A stretch of DNA of 32,000 bases from a cyanobacterium endosymbiont of Epithemia turgida isolate EtSB Lake Yunoko (GTDB lineage Bacteria; Cyanobacteriota; Cyanobacteriia; Cyanobacteriales; Microcystaceae). Location: the NCBI RefSeq assembly GCF_000829235.1, contig NZ_AP012549.1:2280001-2312000 (forward strand), read 5' to 3'. The translations under genes were made by a program, and so were the position numbers. The notes under the pieces were generated by a model. The model was not told the origin of the DNA and made no database searches. It saw only the letters and a list, made by a program, of their open reading frames with translations. Positions within the stretch are counted from its first letter, which is position 1, and every line of letters starts with the position of its first letter. Shown one piece after another: positions 1-9,797 of the stretch.

Positions 1-729
1 CACAGTGAAGTATCCCCAGGTAAAGCTAAAAAACCTAACTTTACCATACCAATCAATGTAGACGGCATATTGAAGTTGTAATCGGTCTAAATAAACATAG
101 CTCTGTAATTCAACTCTCAAAGTGAGATTATCCTATGTTTTTCATTGATCTTTATAAAGACACCTTAAACAAATTCCCCTAAGACTAGTGAAATAAGGAG
201 ATTACAGATTTTACATAATAAATTAGTTTGTTTTTCTAGGTTAAAGTAGTTGTAATTCTCTAAGTTAAATCATTATTTAATATTAATTATAGGCAAAATA
301 CAAAATTTTCTTTATTTTTTATGTTAATCAACCAAGTATAACTCAAAAAAAAATACAAAATGTAGCGATCATATCAAAATAATGTTGCTATTTCAATTAT
401 TGAAATAGGTTATTAATTTTATTAATATATCAGCATCAATATAAATATTTAAAAATATTAGTCACGTCTTTATTGAGATATATAGTGGTCTGTATAATGT
501 CTAAGTTTATCAGATAACTTTATTAAATAATATATATTTTTTATAAAAATAAAGATGGTAGTTAATTATTAATAATTAATTTTTTTTATAAAAAAGACAT
601 CATACTTCAGTGTCAGGTTGCTTAGAATACAACTAATAATTGATAAAATAATTCGTCTGAGTCTACCAACTAGAGTATTTTTTCAATTCTAATTTTTTTT
701 TAATAAACTATAAAAATAGTATTTTATTA

Positions 730-773
730 ATTTTTTATGATGATTAAATTTAAATTTAATCATCATAAAAAAT
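730..773. repeat. 44-nt perfect palindrome with 22-nt arms and no spacer
   Basis: I checked every position from 730 to 773 pairwise and each pairs with its mirror partner (attttttatgatgattaaattt / aaatttaatcatcataaaaaat). It lies inside a 1.4 kb ORF-free AT-rich spacer with no adjacent gene. Confidence 0.9.
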
Positions 774-1145
774 AGCAATATTACCAATATTTTTCTCATA
801 ACTACTATGTCAATTTTATCCCAATAACAAATAAAAATAGCATTTAAAGTGTAAACAGAAACCCCGTAATAAACTTAATTTTTTTGTTTTAATTAAAGAA
901 TTATAGTTAACATAATAGCCATTAATATTATTTTACTTGTCTAAAACTTGGTCCTTATACCCCATCTATTTTATTAGAAAGTATTCAATTTAAATAAAAA
1001 ATTAATAATTGTAGTAATACTCATTTATCAAAAATAAATACCAATAGAAAAAACTGCTCACTATTATTATTTTAAGGGAATAAATTTCAGAATAGTCTTC
1101 AACTTAAAATAAAACTAAATTAAAGGAACTAAAACGGAAAATATT

Positions 1146-1187
1146 GCTCAAACTGCATTGAAACAAAAATCACTATGCAGTTTGAGC
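1146..1187. repeat. Inverted repeat with 13-bp perfect stem and 16-nt loop
   Basis: gctcaaactgcat (1146-1158) is the exact reverse complement of atgcagtttgagc (1175-1187). The stem is more GC-rich than the surrounding spacer. Confidence 0.8.
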
Positions 1188-1492
1188 TAAACTACTAATG
1201 ACTAAACAGTAGACCATCTTACACAGACTGGAATGTTTTCTATATGATGGATAAAACTTGATAGATAGCACAATCAATTCAACCTAGATAAATCAATCCC
1301 CCTATGAAAAACATATAACTCGAAGTATAAATCAAGACCTCTCAAAAAAAAGTGTGATAGATCTCCTTCATAGTCATATCATTAACCGAGGCAATATTTA
1401 CTATACAATAAGCACCAAAAACGACGATAACAGCAGTAATACTAACTCATTAACTGACTAAATCTTGATTAATTTTCCTGATTTATAAGTAT

Positions 1493-1732
1493 TTAGATCT
1501 TAGGATGGCTTCTTGCGTAATAATTCGATGCTACCACCTCAAGCACTTGCCCCGATTTAAATAAAGGAAAAATACAGTTAACTCGATTTTCCCAGACTCT
1601 ATGGGCAATTTCGTCATCAGGGCAACTAATGCGATACGTGTAATCAGAGATCACGGAAAAAAAACAGCCATAAGGGAGAACAAAAGACAGAAGCAACTCA
1701 AGAGTATTTTGATGTAACTGAGAATGGATCAT
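1493..1732 (-). CDS. Hypothetical small protein (79 aa), orphan ORF
   Basis: ATG-initiated ORF with more balanced composition than the flanking AT-rich DNA. I recognise no family and see no clear Shine-Dalgarno sequence. It may be real or a gene remnant. Confidence 0.35.
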   Translation of the reverse strand: MIHSQLHQNTLELLLSFVLPYGCFFSVISDYTYRISCPDDEIAHRVWENRVNCIFPLFKSGQVLEVVASNYYARSHPKI

Positions 1733-2242
1733 ATAACTTTATAGTTTATTTTCCTGTTTCTTCTAGACTGAGTATGAGCAATCAGTAGCCAGTCACTCCC
1801 AAAGCCATTATGCCAACTGCATTCTATGAGCCTAAAAATTTGATTTTTCCAACGACCAAGTTTTTAGAATTTTAGAAGTTTTGCCGAGTGAAAATTTTAG
1901 CTTTTGTTTGTTATAGCGTTGCCGCAGCTAGTCTGGAAGAGTTATTTTTTAGAACTCCTACTCAATTTTATCAGGTATGTCGTTCACTATTGTCTATCTT
2001 TTTATTGAGATATATTAACTTTTATGTAAGTTAGTTGTTGACAGATTGCGTAGGATATACATATCTAGAATAGATAAAGTGTGTGCTATAACCTCAAAAA
2101 GACTCAAAGTTCATTCCATCTAACTACTTTAGTGCCTGGTGGTAACATTCAATACCCCAATGAATCAAACGATATAGATACATTTATAAGTTTTAAATCA
2201 ACTAATATTATTTTTGTCAATTAAAACCTACTTGTATTTAAG

Positions 2243-2301
2243 TTTTTTATAAGATGAAAGATGAAATATGATTTATATTTCATCTTTCATCTTATAAAAA
2301 A
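2243..2301. repeat. Inverted repeat with 27-bp perfect stem and 5-nt loop, 86 nt downstream of the ruvA stop
   Basis: ttttttataagatgaaagatgaaatat (2243-2269) is the exact reverse complement of atatttcatctttcatcttataaaaaa (2275-2301). The arms contain an internal 7-nt tandem (atgaaag atgaaat). The T and A runs are inside the stem, so it is not a canonical intrinsic terminator. Confidence 0.9.
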
Positions 2302-2386
2302 TTCGGCATCCATCTCCTATTTTGACAAATATTTTATTTTTAGCAACTACTTAATATTTTAGACATTTCATCTTCAAGTCTAGCTA

Positions 2387-3034
2387 CTATGTAAGGTTTT
2401 CATTTTGATTTAACCAAATGATTGCTTCTTTAATCCAGTCCTCACCATTATGATTTTTTAAAATTTGATTATCTTTACTAAGAGTAGAAACAGCTTGATT
2501 AATTTCTTTATTGGTATAACCTAATGCTAACAAAGTTATTTCTAAATCTTCTAGCACCTCTAAAGATGGAATTGCGGCACTAGAAGATAAGGGTTTCCCT
2601 AATAGGTTTTTAAATTGAGAGAGTTTATTTTTGAATTCCAAGATAATACGTTCAGCAGTTTTTTGTCCTACTCCTGGTGTTTTGGATAGACTCCGAGTGT
2701 TACCATTAATAATTGCTTGCACTAATTTTTCTAATCCTAAGGTATCAATTAGAGCGATTGCTAATTGCGCACCAATTCCATTAACATTGATTAATTGACG
2801 AAATAAGTCTCGTTCATCCACAGTGGCAAAACCATATAAAATGGGGTAATCATCCCTAATTTGTAGACAGGTAAAAACTTGAATATTTTCTAGTTGGTTT
2901 TCAACTATTTTTTGGGAAAATCGTGATAAAATTTGGATTTCATAGCCCATGTTATTAACTTCCAATATCAGAATAGTCTTATTTTGGATATCATTGATCA
3001 CTTCAACCGGATTGCCTTTAAGAAAACTTAACAC
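2387..3034 (-). CDS. ruvA: Holliday junction branch migration complex subunit RuvA
   Basis: 215 aa with a GTG start. It has two helix-hairpin-helix motifs (VNGIGAQLAIALI, TPGVGQKTAERII) and the length and domain order typical of RuvA. Confidence 0.9.
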   Translation of the reverse strand: MLSFLKGNPVEVINDIQNKTILILEVNNMGYEIQILSRFSQKIVENQLENIQVFTCLQIRDDYPILYGFATVDERDLFRQLINVNGIGAQLAIALIDTLGLEKLVQAIINGNTRSLSKTPGVGQKTAERIILEFKNKLSQFKNLLGKPLSSSAAIPSLEVLEDLEITLLALGYTNKEINQAVSTLSKDNQILKNHNGEDWIKEAIIWLNQNENLT

Positions 3035-4624
3035 AGTTTATTATTAATGATTTAAGTCTTAATAAATTATTTTTTAATTTACTTTATCTATTTATTTTAA
3101 ATGTAAAACACTTAAAATAGTTTAAGTTTTATAAAAACTTGTTACATAACGAGCTTAAGTAAAATTATCATAAATAATTTAATTATTTTAATACCGTTCA
3201 TACAATTATATTTGTGCATTGCAAGAATAATCACACACTTTTTCTTTGAAAAGGTAATATTTGTCCTTAAATTGCTAACATAAGAGTTTATTTAGACTCA
3301 ATTCATAATCTATTACACAGATATCGAATTGCCAATCTCTTATCTCTATGAACTGGTAAAATAAAAAAGTATAAATAGAATTATAGATAATTTTAGTATA
3401 AATAATACTATTGTATTAATCTTAATTCAAGATAACATATTACTCCTGTTATAGCTGTTATAGTAAAAGAATAACTAATTTAGAAATGACTTTGTTCAGA
3501 TTCTAGTTGTAATAGTAAATTTTTAAAATAACTGGTAATCGCACAAACTTTGTTTTGGTTTCAATTTTGTTTTTGAAAATTTGCCTAGTAAATATCAACG
3601 TCCTCCTTAGAGAAAGCAAAATAGATTTGAGTTTCTATAGAAGCAATTAAAGTATCAAGCAATTATAGCGATTTTTTTGGAAATTATACTATAAATAAAG
3701 TGATTGCTATGTTGTATATAAAAATTTAGTCAGGTAGGCAATCTGATATTGATTGACATGTTTATTAAAAATGGTTAAAAAATTATTATTGTCTAGTAGA
3801 AAACAATCCAGCTAAGTCACAAACAAAGAAGCTAGACATATCAAATATTTATACATTTTATTATTTTTTTATGTATTTTATGATTATTAAGTTTTTAAAA
3901 TTACTTTACTTATAAAACCACAAAATTGCTTCTGAACAATTTGGTGACTATTAGTTTATGTATTCGAAATACATACCAATATGTGCCCTATTAGTATAGA
4001 TATATTTATAATAATAAGTAATATAAAAAATGTAGATATTGTTTCACCTATTGAATTGACTAAAATAAGAGAAACTTCTAAAAACTAGAAGAATTTGACC
4101 TATAACGGTATAATTTTTAGATTGTAATCTTGATCAAACAAGTATAATTACTAAATCATTCATTGCTAATACCTAGTATTAATTAGATAAATTGTTGACT
4201 ATATAAAACTACCTAATTTAACTTTATTTAAGTAATATATGACTATCTAATTGCTACTATTTACAATAGTATCTCAGTCACTAAAGCTTTATCTAGAAGT
4301 TATATCTTGACAAATTATTTTAAATATATATCGCCCAGGATAAATAAAGTGATCACTATTTATTGGACTAACTTAAAATTGACTTCAGATAAACGATATC
4401 GTTCAATCATAATATATTGACTTTTCTAAATAATTTCACTTCTAAATAAACAATATGTACATTTTTTTATTTCAATAGACTTTTAACTTTTTAAAAGCAT
4501 AATTTACTAGTCAAAACTTATAAATCTAATTTCAAGTTGTTTTTTTATTAAACTTTAATTCTTGGTCACGAAATAAGTTATTAAATATTAATAATTACAA
4601 ATTATATATTTCAATTTGACGACA

Positions 4625-4669
4625 AAATAGGTTAAAAGGCTAAATTATATTTAGCCTTTTAACCTATTT
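4625..4669. repeat. Inverted repeat with 21-bp perfect stem and 3-nt loop, 174 nt downstream of the larB stop
   Basis: aaataggttaaaaggctaaat (4625-4645) is the exact reverse complement of atttagccttttaacctattt (4649-4669), checked pairwise. Confidence 0.9.
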
Positions 4670-4842
4670 ATTAATAAACATTATGATAGCTATCTTCCAT
4701 CTTTGACAATCTCTTGTATATACATTAATTTTTACTTTTTATTCTTATCGATTCAATAAGTTTGAATTTTTAGATAGTCCATATTTGATATGTTTATCTA
4801 GGCAATCCGTGACTTATAGAATCTATATACTACACTAATTTT

Positions 4843-5616
4843 TTATTTGTCAATTAAACGATTAGCGGTTCGTAAAATTTGTCCAGCTAAAATAGCAGCC
4901 CCAAAGCCATTATCAATATTGACTACCCCAATCCCTGCCGCACAAGAATTAAGCATTGTCAATAATGAGGAAACCCCCCCAAAACTTACCCCATAACCCA
5001 CACTAGTTGGAACTCCAATTACTGGACAGTCAACCATTCCTGCTACCACACTAGGTAAGGCCCCTTCCATCCCTGCCACCACAATCAACACATCTGCTTG
5101 ATTGATCAACTCACGGTGACTTAATAGACGATGAATACCTGCTATTCCCACATCCCACAACCGTTGTACCTCAAACCCGCAAAGTTGTGCAGTAATGGCA
5201 GTTTCTTCAGCTACGGGTAAATCCGCTGTGCCTGCTGTAAGAATCCCAACTACTCCTAATCCAACCGAAGGGATTTCGGAGGTTTTTAAGGCACAAATAC
5301 GAGCCACTGGATAGTAAATTAAATTAGGCACTTGGTCTTCAAGTTGTTTGGCCACCGTTGCCTCAATACGAGTTGCCATAACCACAGGAGAATGACATGC
5401 CATCGTGAGCATAATTTGAGCAATTTGTTCAGGGGTTTTTCCTGTACCCCAAATAACTTCAGGAAATCCTGTTCTTAAATAACGATGATGATCAATTTTT
5501 GCAAACTCATCAACAGATTCAAAACTGAAATATTTGAGCTTTTCTAATCCTTGATCAGGACTAACTTCTCCTATGGCAATCGCTTGCAAAAGAGACCGAA
5601 GTGCATCTGGATTCAT
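4843..5616 (-). CDS. larB: PurE-like AIR carboxylase family protein, LarB-type (nickel-pincer nucleotide cofactor biosynthesis)
   Basis: 257 aa with an N-terminal helical extension followed by a PurE-like domain (GILTAGTADLPVAEE, VVAGMEGALPSVVAG, GVPTSVGYG). This architecture matches the LarB / NCAIR-mutase-related family as I recall it. Confidence 0.8.
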   Translation of the reverse strand: MNPDALRSLLQAIAIGEVSPDQGLEKLKYFSFESVDEFAKIDHHRYLRTGFPEVIWGTGKTPEQIAQIMLTMACHSPVVMATRIEATVAKQLEDQVPNLIYYPVARICALKTSEIPSVGLGVVGILTAGTADLPVAEETAITAQLCGFEVQRLWDVGIAGIHRLLSHRELINQADVLIVVAGMEGALPSVVAGMVDCPVIGVPTSVGYGVSFGGVSSLLTMLNSCAAGIGVVNIDNGFGAAILAGQILRTANRLIDK

Positions 5617-5804
5617 GGTCTTAAATTTACCTTTAATTATTAACTATTTCAACGATTGAATACGACTTATCGGCTAACCAATTTTATAGACTTTTTCTAC
5701 AATCACCTCCCTAGGTAAAAATTCCGTAAATAAGAGTCTATACTGTTATTTTGCTCAAATTTTAACACTAGAGAATCATTAGCATCAGTTAATTGAGGGC
5801 TAAA

Positions 5805-6375
5805 TTAATATTTAAGCAGTTCAGCAATGTAAAGTTCATTCAAAGGATGATTTTTCAGGCAACCTTTTTGATTAGCCACATTAAGAGCCTCTCCAGACTT
5901 CCCGACCTTAGTGTAACAGTAAGCCAATTCAGAATCACCAACTTTAATAGTTTCTGATTGAGAAAAAACAACAATATTCCTATATTCAGAAACATAGTTA
6001 GGGGGATTACTCACGAACAATACCTAAGCTGTAAAGTAGATTTCATCAATTCACCAAAAATAATAAATTTCTTAAATTGTTGATTAGTGCATTGGCGAAC
6101 CTAAAATTTGTCTCTTTAGTAGAGAGATCAACCCCAAAAATATTGACTGAGTAAATATAATATAGTCGAGGAAGCAATGCATTTAGCCCTTGACTGTGTT
6201 CCCATATACCATAAAAATATTCCATAAGTCCATCGATATTAAAATAAATTGATTTTACAGAAACATAATTGCCCGTAGAAGATTTTCTTTGTAAAGCTAT
6301 CCCATGTCTGAGAAAAATATCTATAGTATTCACAGCTAAACAACTAAGAAGCTTTATCAAGAGATAAAGCTTCAA
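5805..6375 (-). pseudogene. Possible decayed gene remnant: two adjacent same-strand ORF fragments of 109 aa and 71 aa
   Basis: ORFs 6046-6375 and 5805-6020 are co-directional and 25 nt apart, and both begin at TTG rather than ATG. Their composition is Ile/Leu/Asn/Tyr/Phe-rich, and I recognise no family. They could equally be chance ORFs in AT-rich DNA. Confidence 0.25.
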
Positions 6376-6595
6376 ATACTTCTAGCAGTTATTTTACTTA
6401 TGAAATACATCAAGTTTTAGTAGTAGTCAGAAGGTAAAAGTAATAAGTCAGAGTGCATCTCCTAAAACCAAGAAAAACTATGTATTCAGTTTCGACTCAG
6501 AAAAGATGATTGTTTTTAATTTTTAAATATCTAACTTAGAAATCTTTGAGATAATAGCTTATGCATAACTTACGATAATACGATAAAAGTTAAGG

Positions 6596-7993
6596 TTAAT
6601 TTGATAAATGTGGTAAGGCTTGCTGAATAAAGTTTTGGACCAGAGTAGTGCGTTTATTTTTTTCGAACACCTGTCTTATTTTTTGAGGAAATTGAGTTAA
6701 ATCTATTTCCTCTATTGCTGATAAATTAAGGTCTTGGTCTTGGAAATATTCCACTAAACTTAATCCAGCTAAACGAGTTAAATAGGCGGCACTTATTGCC
6801 TGAACTGTTCCACCAGCAATATAGGTAATAGCATTATTTTTGAGAAAACTGCCAATAGTTTGAGTTGATAGTTCAACTAATCCTAATTTGACTATTAATT
6901 TACCAATAGTTACTGAAAGAGCTTTTCCTTGAGAGAAAGACAATTTCTGTTTATAAATTACCCCTAAATCTATAACTAGTTGAGAACTAATAGCGACCAT
7001 AGCTAACAAATCTAAAGCAGCTACAGGATTAGCAAAAGCACCGGCTGCCGCAATCCATTGATATTTTTCAATAATAGGTAAAGCACAATCGTGTCTTATG
7101 CTATCAAGATTAGCTTTAGCCTGTTGTTTAAGAGATACTGCTTCACGCCATAGACTTCCCAAAACTAACATTTTCCTTTCGAGTTCTAAAACAAGGTTTA
7201 AGCGATCACTTAAGAGGTTAATATCAGGAGGTTGGGATTCAGTCCACTCCCGAATTGTCCCATTTTCTTCATGTTGGCGAACTTTCAGAGCTTGAGGAGC
7301 CGCACTAGTGGCAATAACATCGGAAGGGGCAATCATCGATTTTAGTTGTTGCCGTACTTGTTCTAGAATCAAGGCTCTTTCTTCTGGAATATACTGATCC
7401 TTTTTATTGAAAACCAAAATAAATCGTTGATGGTCTTGGTTACACTTTTGCAAAAATCTCCAATGAGAATTGGTTAAATCTCCGGTAATTAATAATAAAA
7501 TCAAGTCCGCCTTTATTTCAGGTATTTTTGTTTCTTTAAACACAGATTCTATCTCTATAAAAGAGAGCTCATTAGAGAGATATTGAGCTAATAATATTTT
7601 TTTTAAAGTTGTTTTTCCAACCTTTTTATCTCCTGCTAAGGCAATAGTTAGTTCTTGACGATCAAAGCCTAAAGATAATTGAGTTAATTGTTGCTTAAAG
7701 ACAGAAATATCACGATCTGGTTTTTCAGTGCCTAAGGTATTAAGGATTAGTTCTCCTTGAAGAATTACATCTCTGACCGATTGTTCAGTTAAACGTGTTA
7801 TTGACAATGGCTTATTTGTCGTTTCTTTTTGTTCTTGCCGCCACAAAAAAATTCCTAACCCCAAGGAGACTGCGCTGAGAAGTCCCCATTCTCCTACTTC
7901 TAGAATTTGCTGACTAAAACTAGTATAAAACCACAATATAAATGAAATACCGACACCTGCCACTAGAATTGGCTTATTAACTTTTTTTTTCAT
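6596..7993 (-). CDS. Membrane-associated P-loop GTPase with a C-terminal DUF697-like hydrophobic domain
   Basis: 465 aa. It has N-terminal hydrophobic helices, a Walker A / G1 motif (GDKKVGKTT), an NKxD G4 motif (NKKD), and a long C-terminal hydrophobic region (AAAGAFANPVAALDLLAMVAISSQLVIDLGVIY). The family assignment is from memory of DUF697 GTP-binding proteins. Confidence 0.75.
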   Translation of the reverse strand: MKKKVNKPILVAGVGISFILWFYTSFSQQILEVGEWGLLSAVSLGLGIFLWRQEQKETTNKPLSITRLTEQSVRDVILQGELILNTLGTEKPDRDISVFKQQLTQLSLGFDRQELTIALAGDKKVGKTTLKKILLAQYLSNELSFIEIESVFKETKIPEIKADLILLLITGDLTNSHWRFLQKCNQDHQRFILVFNKKDQYIPEERALILEQVRQQLKSMIAPSDVIATSAAPQALKVRQHEENGTIREWTESQPPDINLLSDRLNLVLELERKMLVLGSLWREAVSLKQQAKANLDSIRHDCALPIIEKYQWIAAAGAFANPVAALDLLAMVAISSQLVIDLGVIYKQKLSFSQGKALSVTIGKLIVKLGLVELSTQTIGSFLKNNAITYIAGGTVQAISAAYLTRLAGLSLVEYFQDQDLNLSAIEEIDLTQFPQKIRQVFEKNKRTTLVQNFIQQALPHLSN

Positions 7994-8014
7994 TTTTCGA
8001 TGTTTTTTACTTTT

Positions 8015-8512
8015 TTAAGATTGCCATGTCTTTTTTAACTTATCCCAAAGACCCGAAAGGGATTCTTTCATTTGTTTCTTAAGACTCCAACGTTGAAAAG
8101 CTTGTTCATAAGCTTCCCCCTCTGTTTGAAAGACTTTATAGGTATCTAGAGACAGAGACAATCCTAAGAGTAAGAAAGTATACAACGACCAAGATAAAGT
8201 CCCCGAACTAAAGAAATTTATCATAAAAAAAAATCCGTTGATAATAGCATAGCGAACAGCCTTTTGTTTCAATTGTTCCTGCCTATAATAATCAAATTCA
8301 TGCCGTTTACGTTCCATTTTTTTACTAGTAAGCCAATCGTGCTCAGCAGACCTAAGAGAGTCAGGATCAATGTCTAATTCAGTGGCAATTTCCCACAGTT
8401 GTGTTCTTGACAATTTTGAACCATCGGCTGTACGAGTTATCGCTAGATAAAGAATTTCTTGGACATCATTTTGACTGTAGAATTCAGGGGGTTGCAGGTT
8501 AGAAGTTGACAT
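8015..8512 (-). CDS. Small membrane protein, 2TM-domain-like, conserved hypothetical
   Basis: 165 aa with an ATG start. A soluble N-terminal half is followed by basic residues and two adjacent hydrophobic helices (AIINGFFFMINFF..., SLYTFLLLGLSLSL). It ends 21 nt upstream of the GTPase start on the same strand, so the pair is probably an operon. Confidence 0.65.
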   Translation of the reverse strand: MSTSNLQPPEFYSQNDVQEILYLAITRTADGSKLSRTQLWEIATELDIDPDSLRSAEHDWLTSKKMERKRHEFDYYRQEQLKQKAVRYAIINGFFFMINFFSSGTLSWSLYTFLLLGLSLSLDTYKVFQTEGEAYEQAFQRWSLKKQMKESLSGLWDKLKKTWQS

Positions 8513-8794
8513 AATTTACTTACTTTAAACTCAACTTAGTGAACCAGCTTGTCTGACTATGATTGTCGCCGGAAAATCAGCCAGGACAGACCTCTTTAGA
8601 TTCTATCTTGAATCTGAAAACAGGGAGCTACTAACTGTTGATAGTCTATTATCAAACAAAGGTTTTGATAAGCAATGAACAAATTTTATAGAAAAAATAG
8701 GGTTAATTTATGATTTTAATCCTAAACTGACTCTGTGTTGTACTATGCACCTACTTTTTGCATCTTAATCAAGAGTTAGAATTCTTGAATATTC

Positions 8795-8824
8795 GTTGCT
8801 CAGTAATTTTAATTACTGAGCAAC
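8795..8824. repeat. 30-nt near-perfect palindrome with 14-bp arms and a 2-nt centre
   Basis: gttgctcagtaatt (8795-8808) is the exact reverse complement of aattactgagcaac (8811-8824). It lies in the spacer between the 2TM gene and ppa. Confidence 0.85.
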
Positions 8825-9216
8825 TATAATGCTTGTTATGCTTAAAAAAATTATTTATTTTTCTAGCCTAACTGTGAAAAGTCGCAATAAAAAACCCTAA
8901 AAAGAAACTTTTTACAGGATTTTCATAATGCCAAACACTTAAATTGTATAAAAATCAAGTCTTTAGAATTACGAAATACTCCCGGAATAATAAGTTTGGA
9001 AGTCATTAGTTACTGGTATATTATTCTCAGTTCAGAAGGACCAAATTATTTTCTTGCATGTTCCATCTTCATTGTAGAATAGTGAGCTAGGGAACGCTTA
9101 ACCCGTCCCTTTTGGGGGGCTATATTGCTTAGTGGCAGGTGTGTTCAAGCTTTGAGAATACTTTCTTAGGGCTTTTAAGATGAATTGTAATTTTGTATAG
9201 CATTTGGAGAGAGTTA

Positions 9217-9759
9217 GTGGACTTATCCCTCATTCCAGCCCAACCTAAGCCTGGTTCAATCAACATTTTGATTGAAATTCCTGCAGGCAGTAAAAATAAA
9301 TATGAGTTTGACAAGAATATGAATGCCTTTGCGCTAGATCGCGTCCTTTATGCATCGGTCCAGTATCCTTGTGATTATGGATTTATCCCTAACACTTTAG
9401 CTGATGATGGTGATCCTTTAGACGCAATGGTGTTAATGGATCAACCGACTTTCCCCGGGTGTGTCATTGCTGCTCGTCCTATTGGTCTATTAGAAATGAT
9501 CGATGGAGGTGATCGTGATGAAAAAATTCTTTGCGTTCCCGATAAAGATCCCCGCTATATCCAGGTTAAATCTCTCAAAGATGTTGCTCCTCATCGCTTG
9601 GATGAAATTGCTGAATTTTTCCGTACCTACAAGAATTTGGAGAAGAAAGTCACAGAAATTCTTGGATGGAAGGATATTGAAGCTGTACTTCCTCTTGTTG
9701 AAGAATGTGTAAAAGCTGGAAGTAAATCACTTCTAAACACTCCAACTCAAACTCGGTGA
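9217..9759 (+). CDS. ppa: Inorganic pyrophosphatase, family I
   Basis: The sequence is strongly PPase-like ([37 protein letters not shown]). I place the start at GTG 9217 ([13 protein letters not shown]), which matches the usual cyanobacterial Ppa N-terminus, with ggagagag lying 4-11 nt upstream. The ORF-track start at TTG 9193 adds 8 unlikely residues. Confidence 0.9.
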   Translation: MDLSLIPAQPKPGSINILIEIPAGSKNKYEFDKNMNAFALDRVLYASVQYPCDYGFIPNTLADDGDPLDAMVLMDQPTFPGCVIAARPIGLLEMIDGGDRDEKILCVPDKDPRYIQVKSLKDVAPHRLDEIAEFFRTYKNLEKKVTEILGWKDIEAVLPLVEECVKAGSKSLLNTPTQTR

Positions 9760-9771
9760 TTTATCGATACT

Positions 9772-9797
9772 CCCCGCCCAAGGTGCGGGGTTTGTTT
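9772..9797 (+). terminator. Rho-independent terminator of ppa
   Basis: GC stem ccccgc (9772-9777) pairs with gcgggg (9785-9790) around a 7-nt loop and is followed by tttgttt. It starts 13 nt after the ppa stop. Confidence 0.75.

Noticed and set aside
1-81. Open frame running into the left window edge (plus frame ...HSEVSPGKAKKPNFTIPINVDGILKL*), possibly the 3' end of a truncated CDS.
   Set aside because: The opposite strand is also open over the same 80 nt. The fragment is too short to identify, so I cannot decide on strand or reality. The less AT-rich composition of the first ~130 nt is the only support.
562-579. 18-nt pure-AT palindrome (ttaattattaataattaa), plus neighbouring T-run/A-run palindromes at 581-596 and ttcaaatatttgaa at 22321-22334.
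   Set aside because: Short AT-only palindromes are expected by chance in DNA of this composition. They are kept separate from the long hairpins of 13 bp or more that contain G/C pairs.
7098-7295. 65-aa ORF antisense to the GTPase gene. Similar cases are 9129-9314 and 9503-9712 around ppa, 15894-16076 in lysC, 18721-18957 over rpmA/rplU, and 20952-21146 in the esterase gene.
   Set aside because: All overlap better-supported CDSs, either antisense or in another frame, and have no recognisable motifs.
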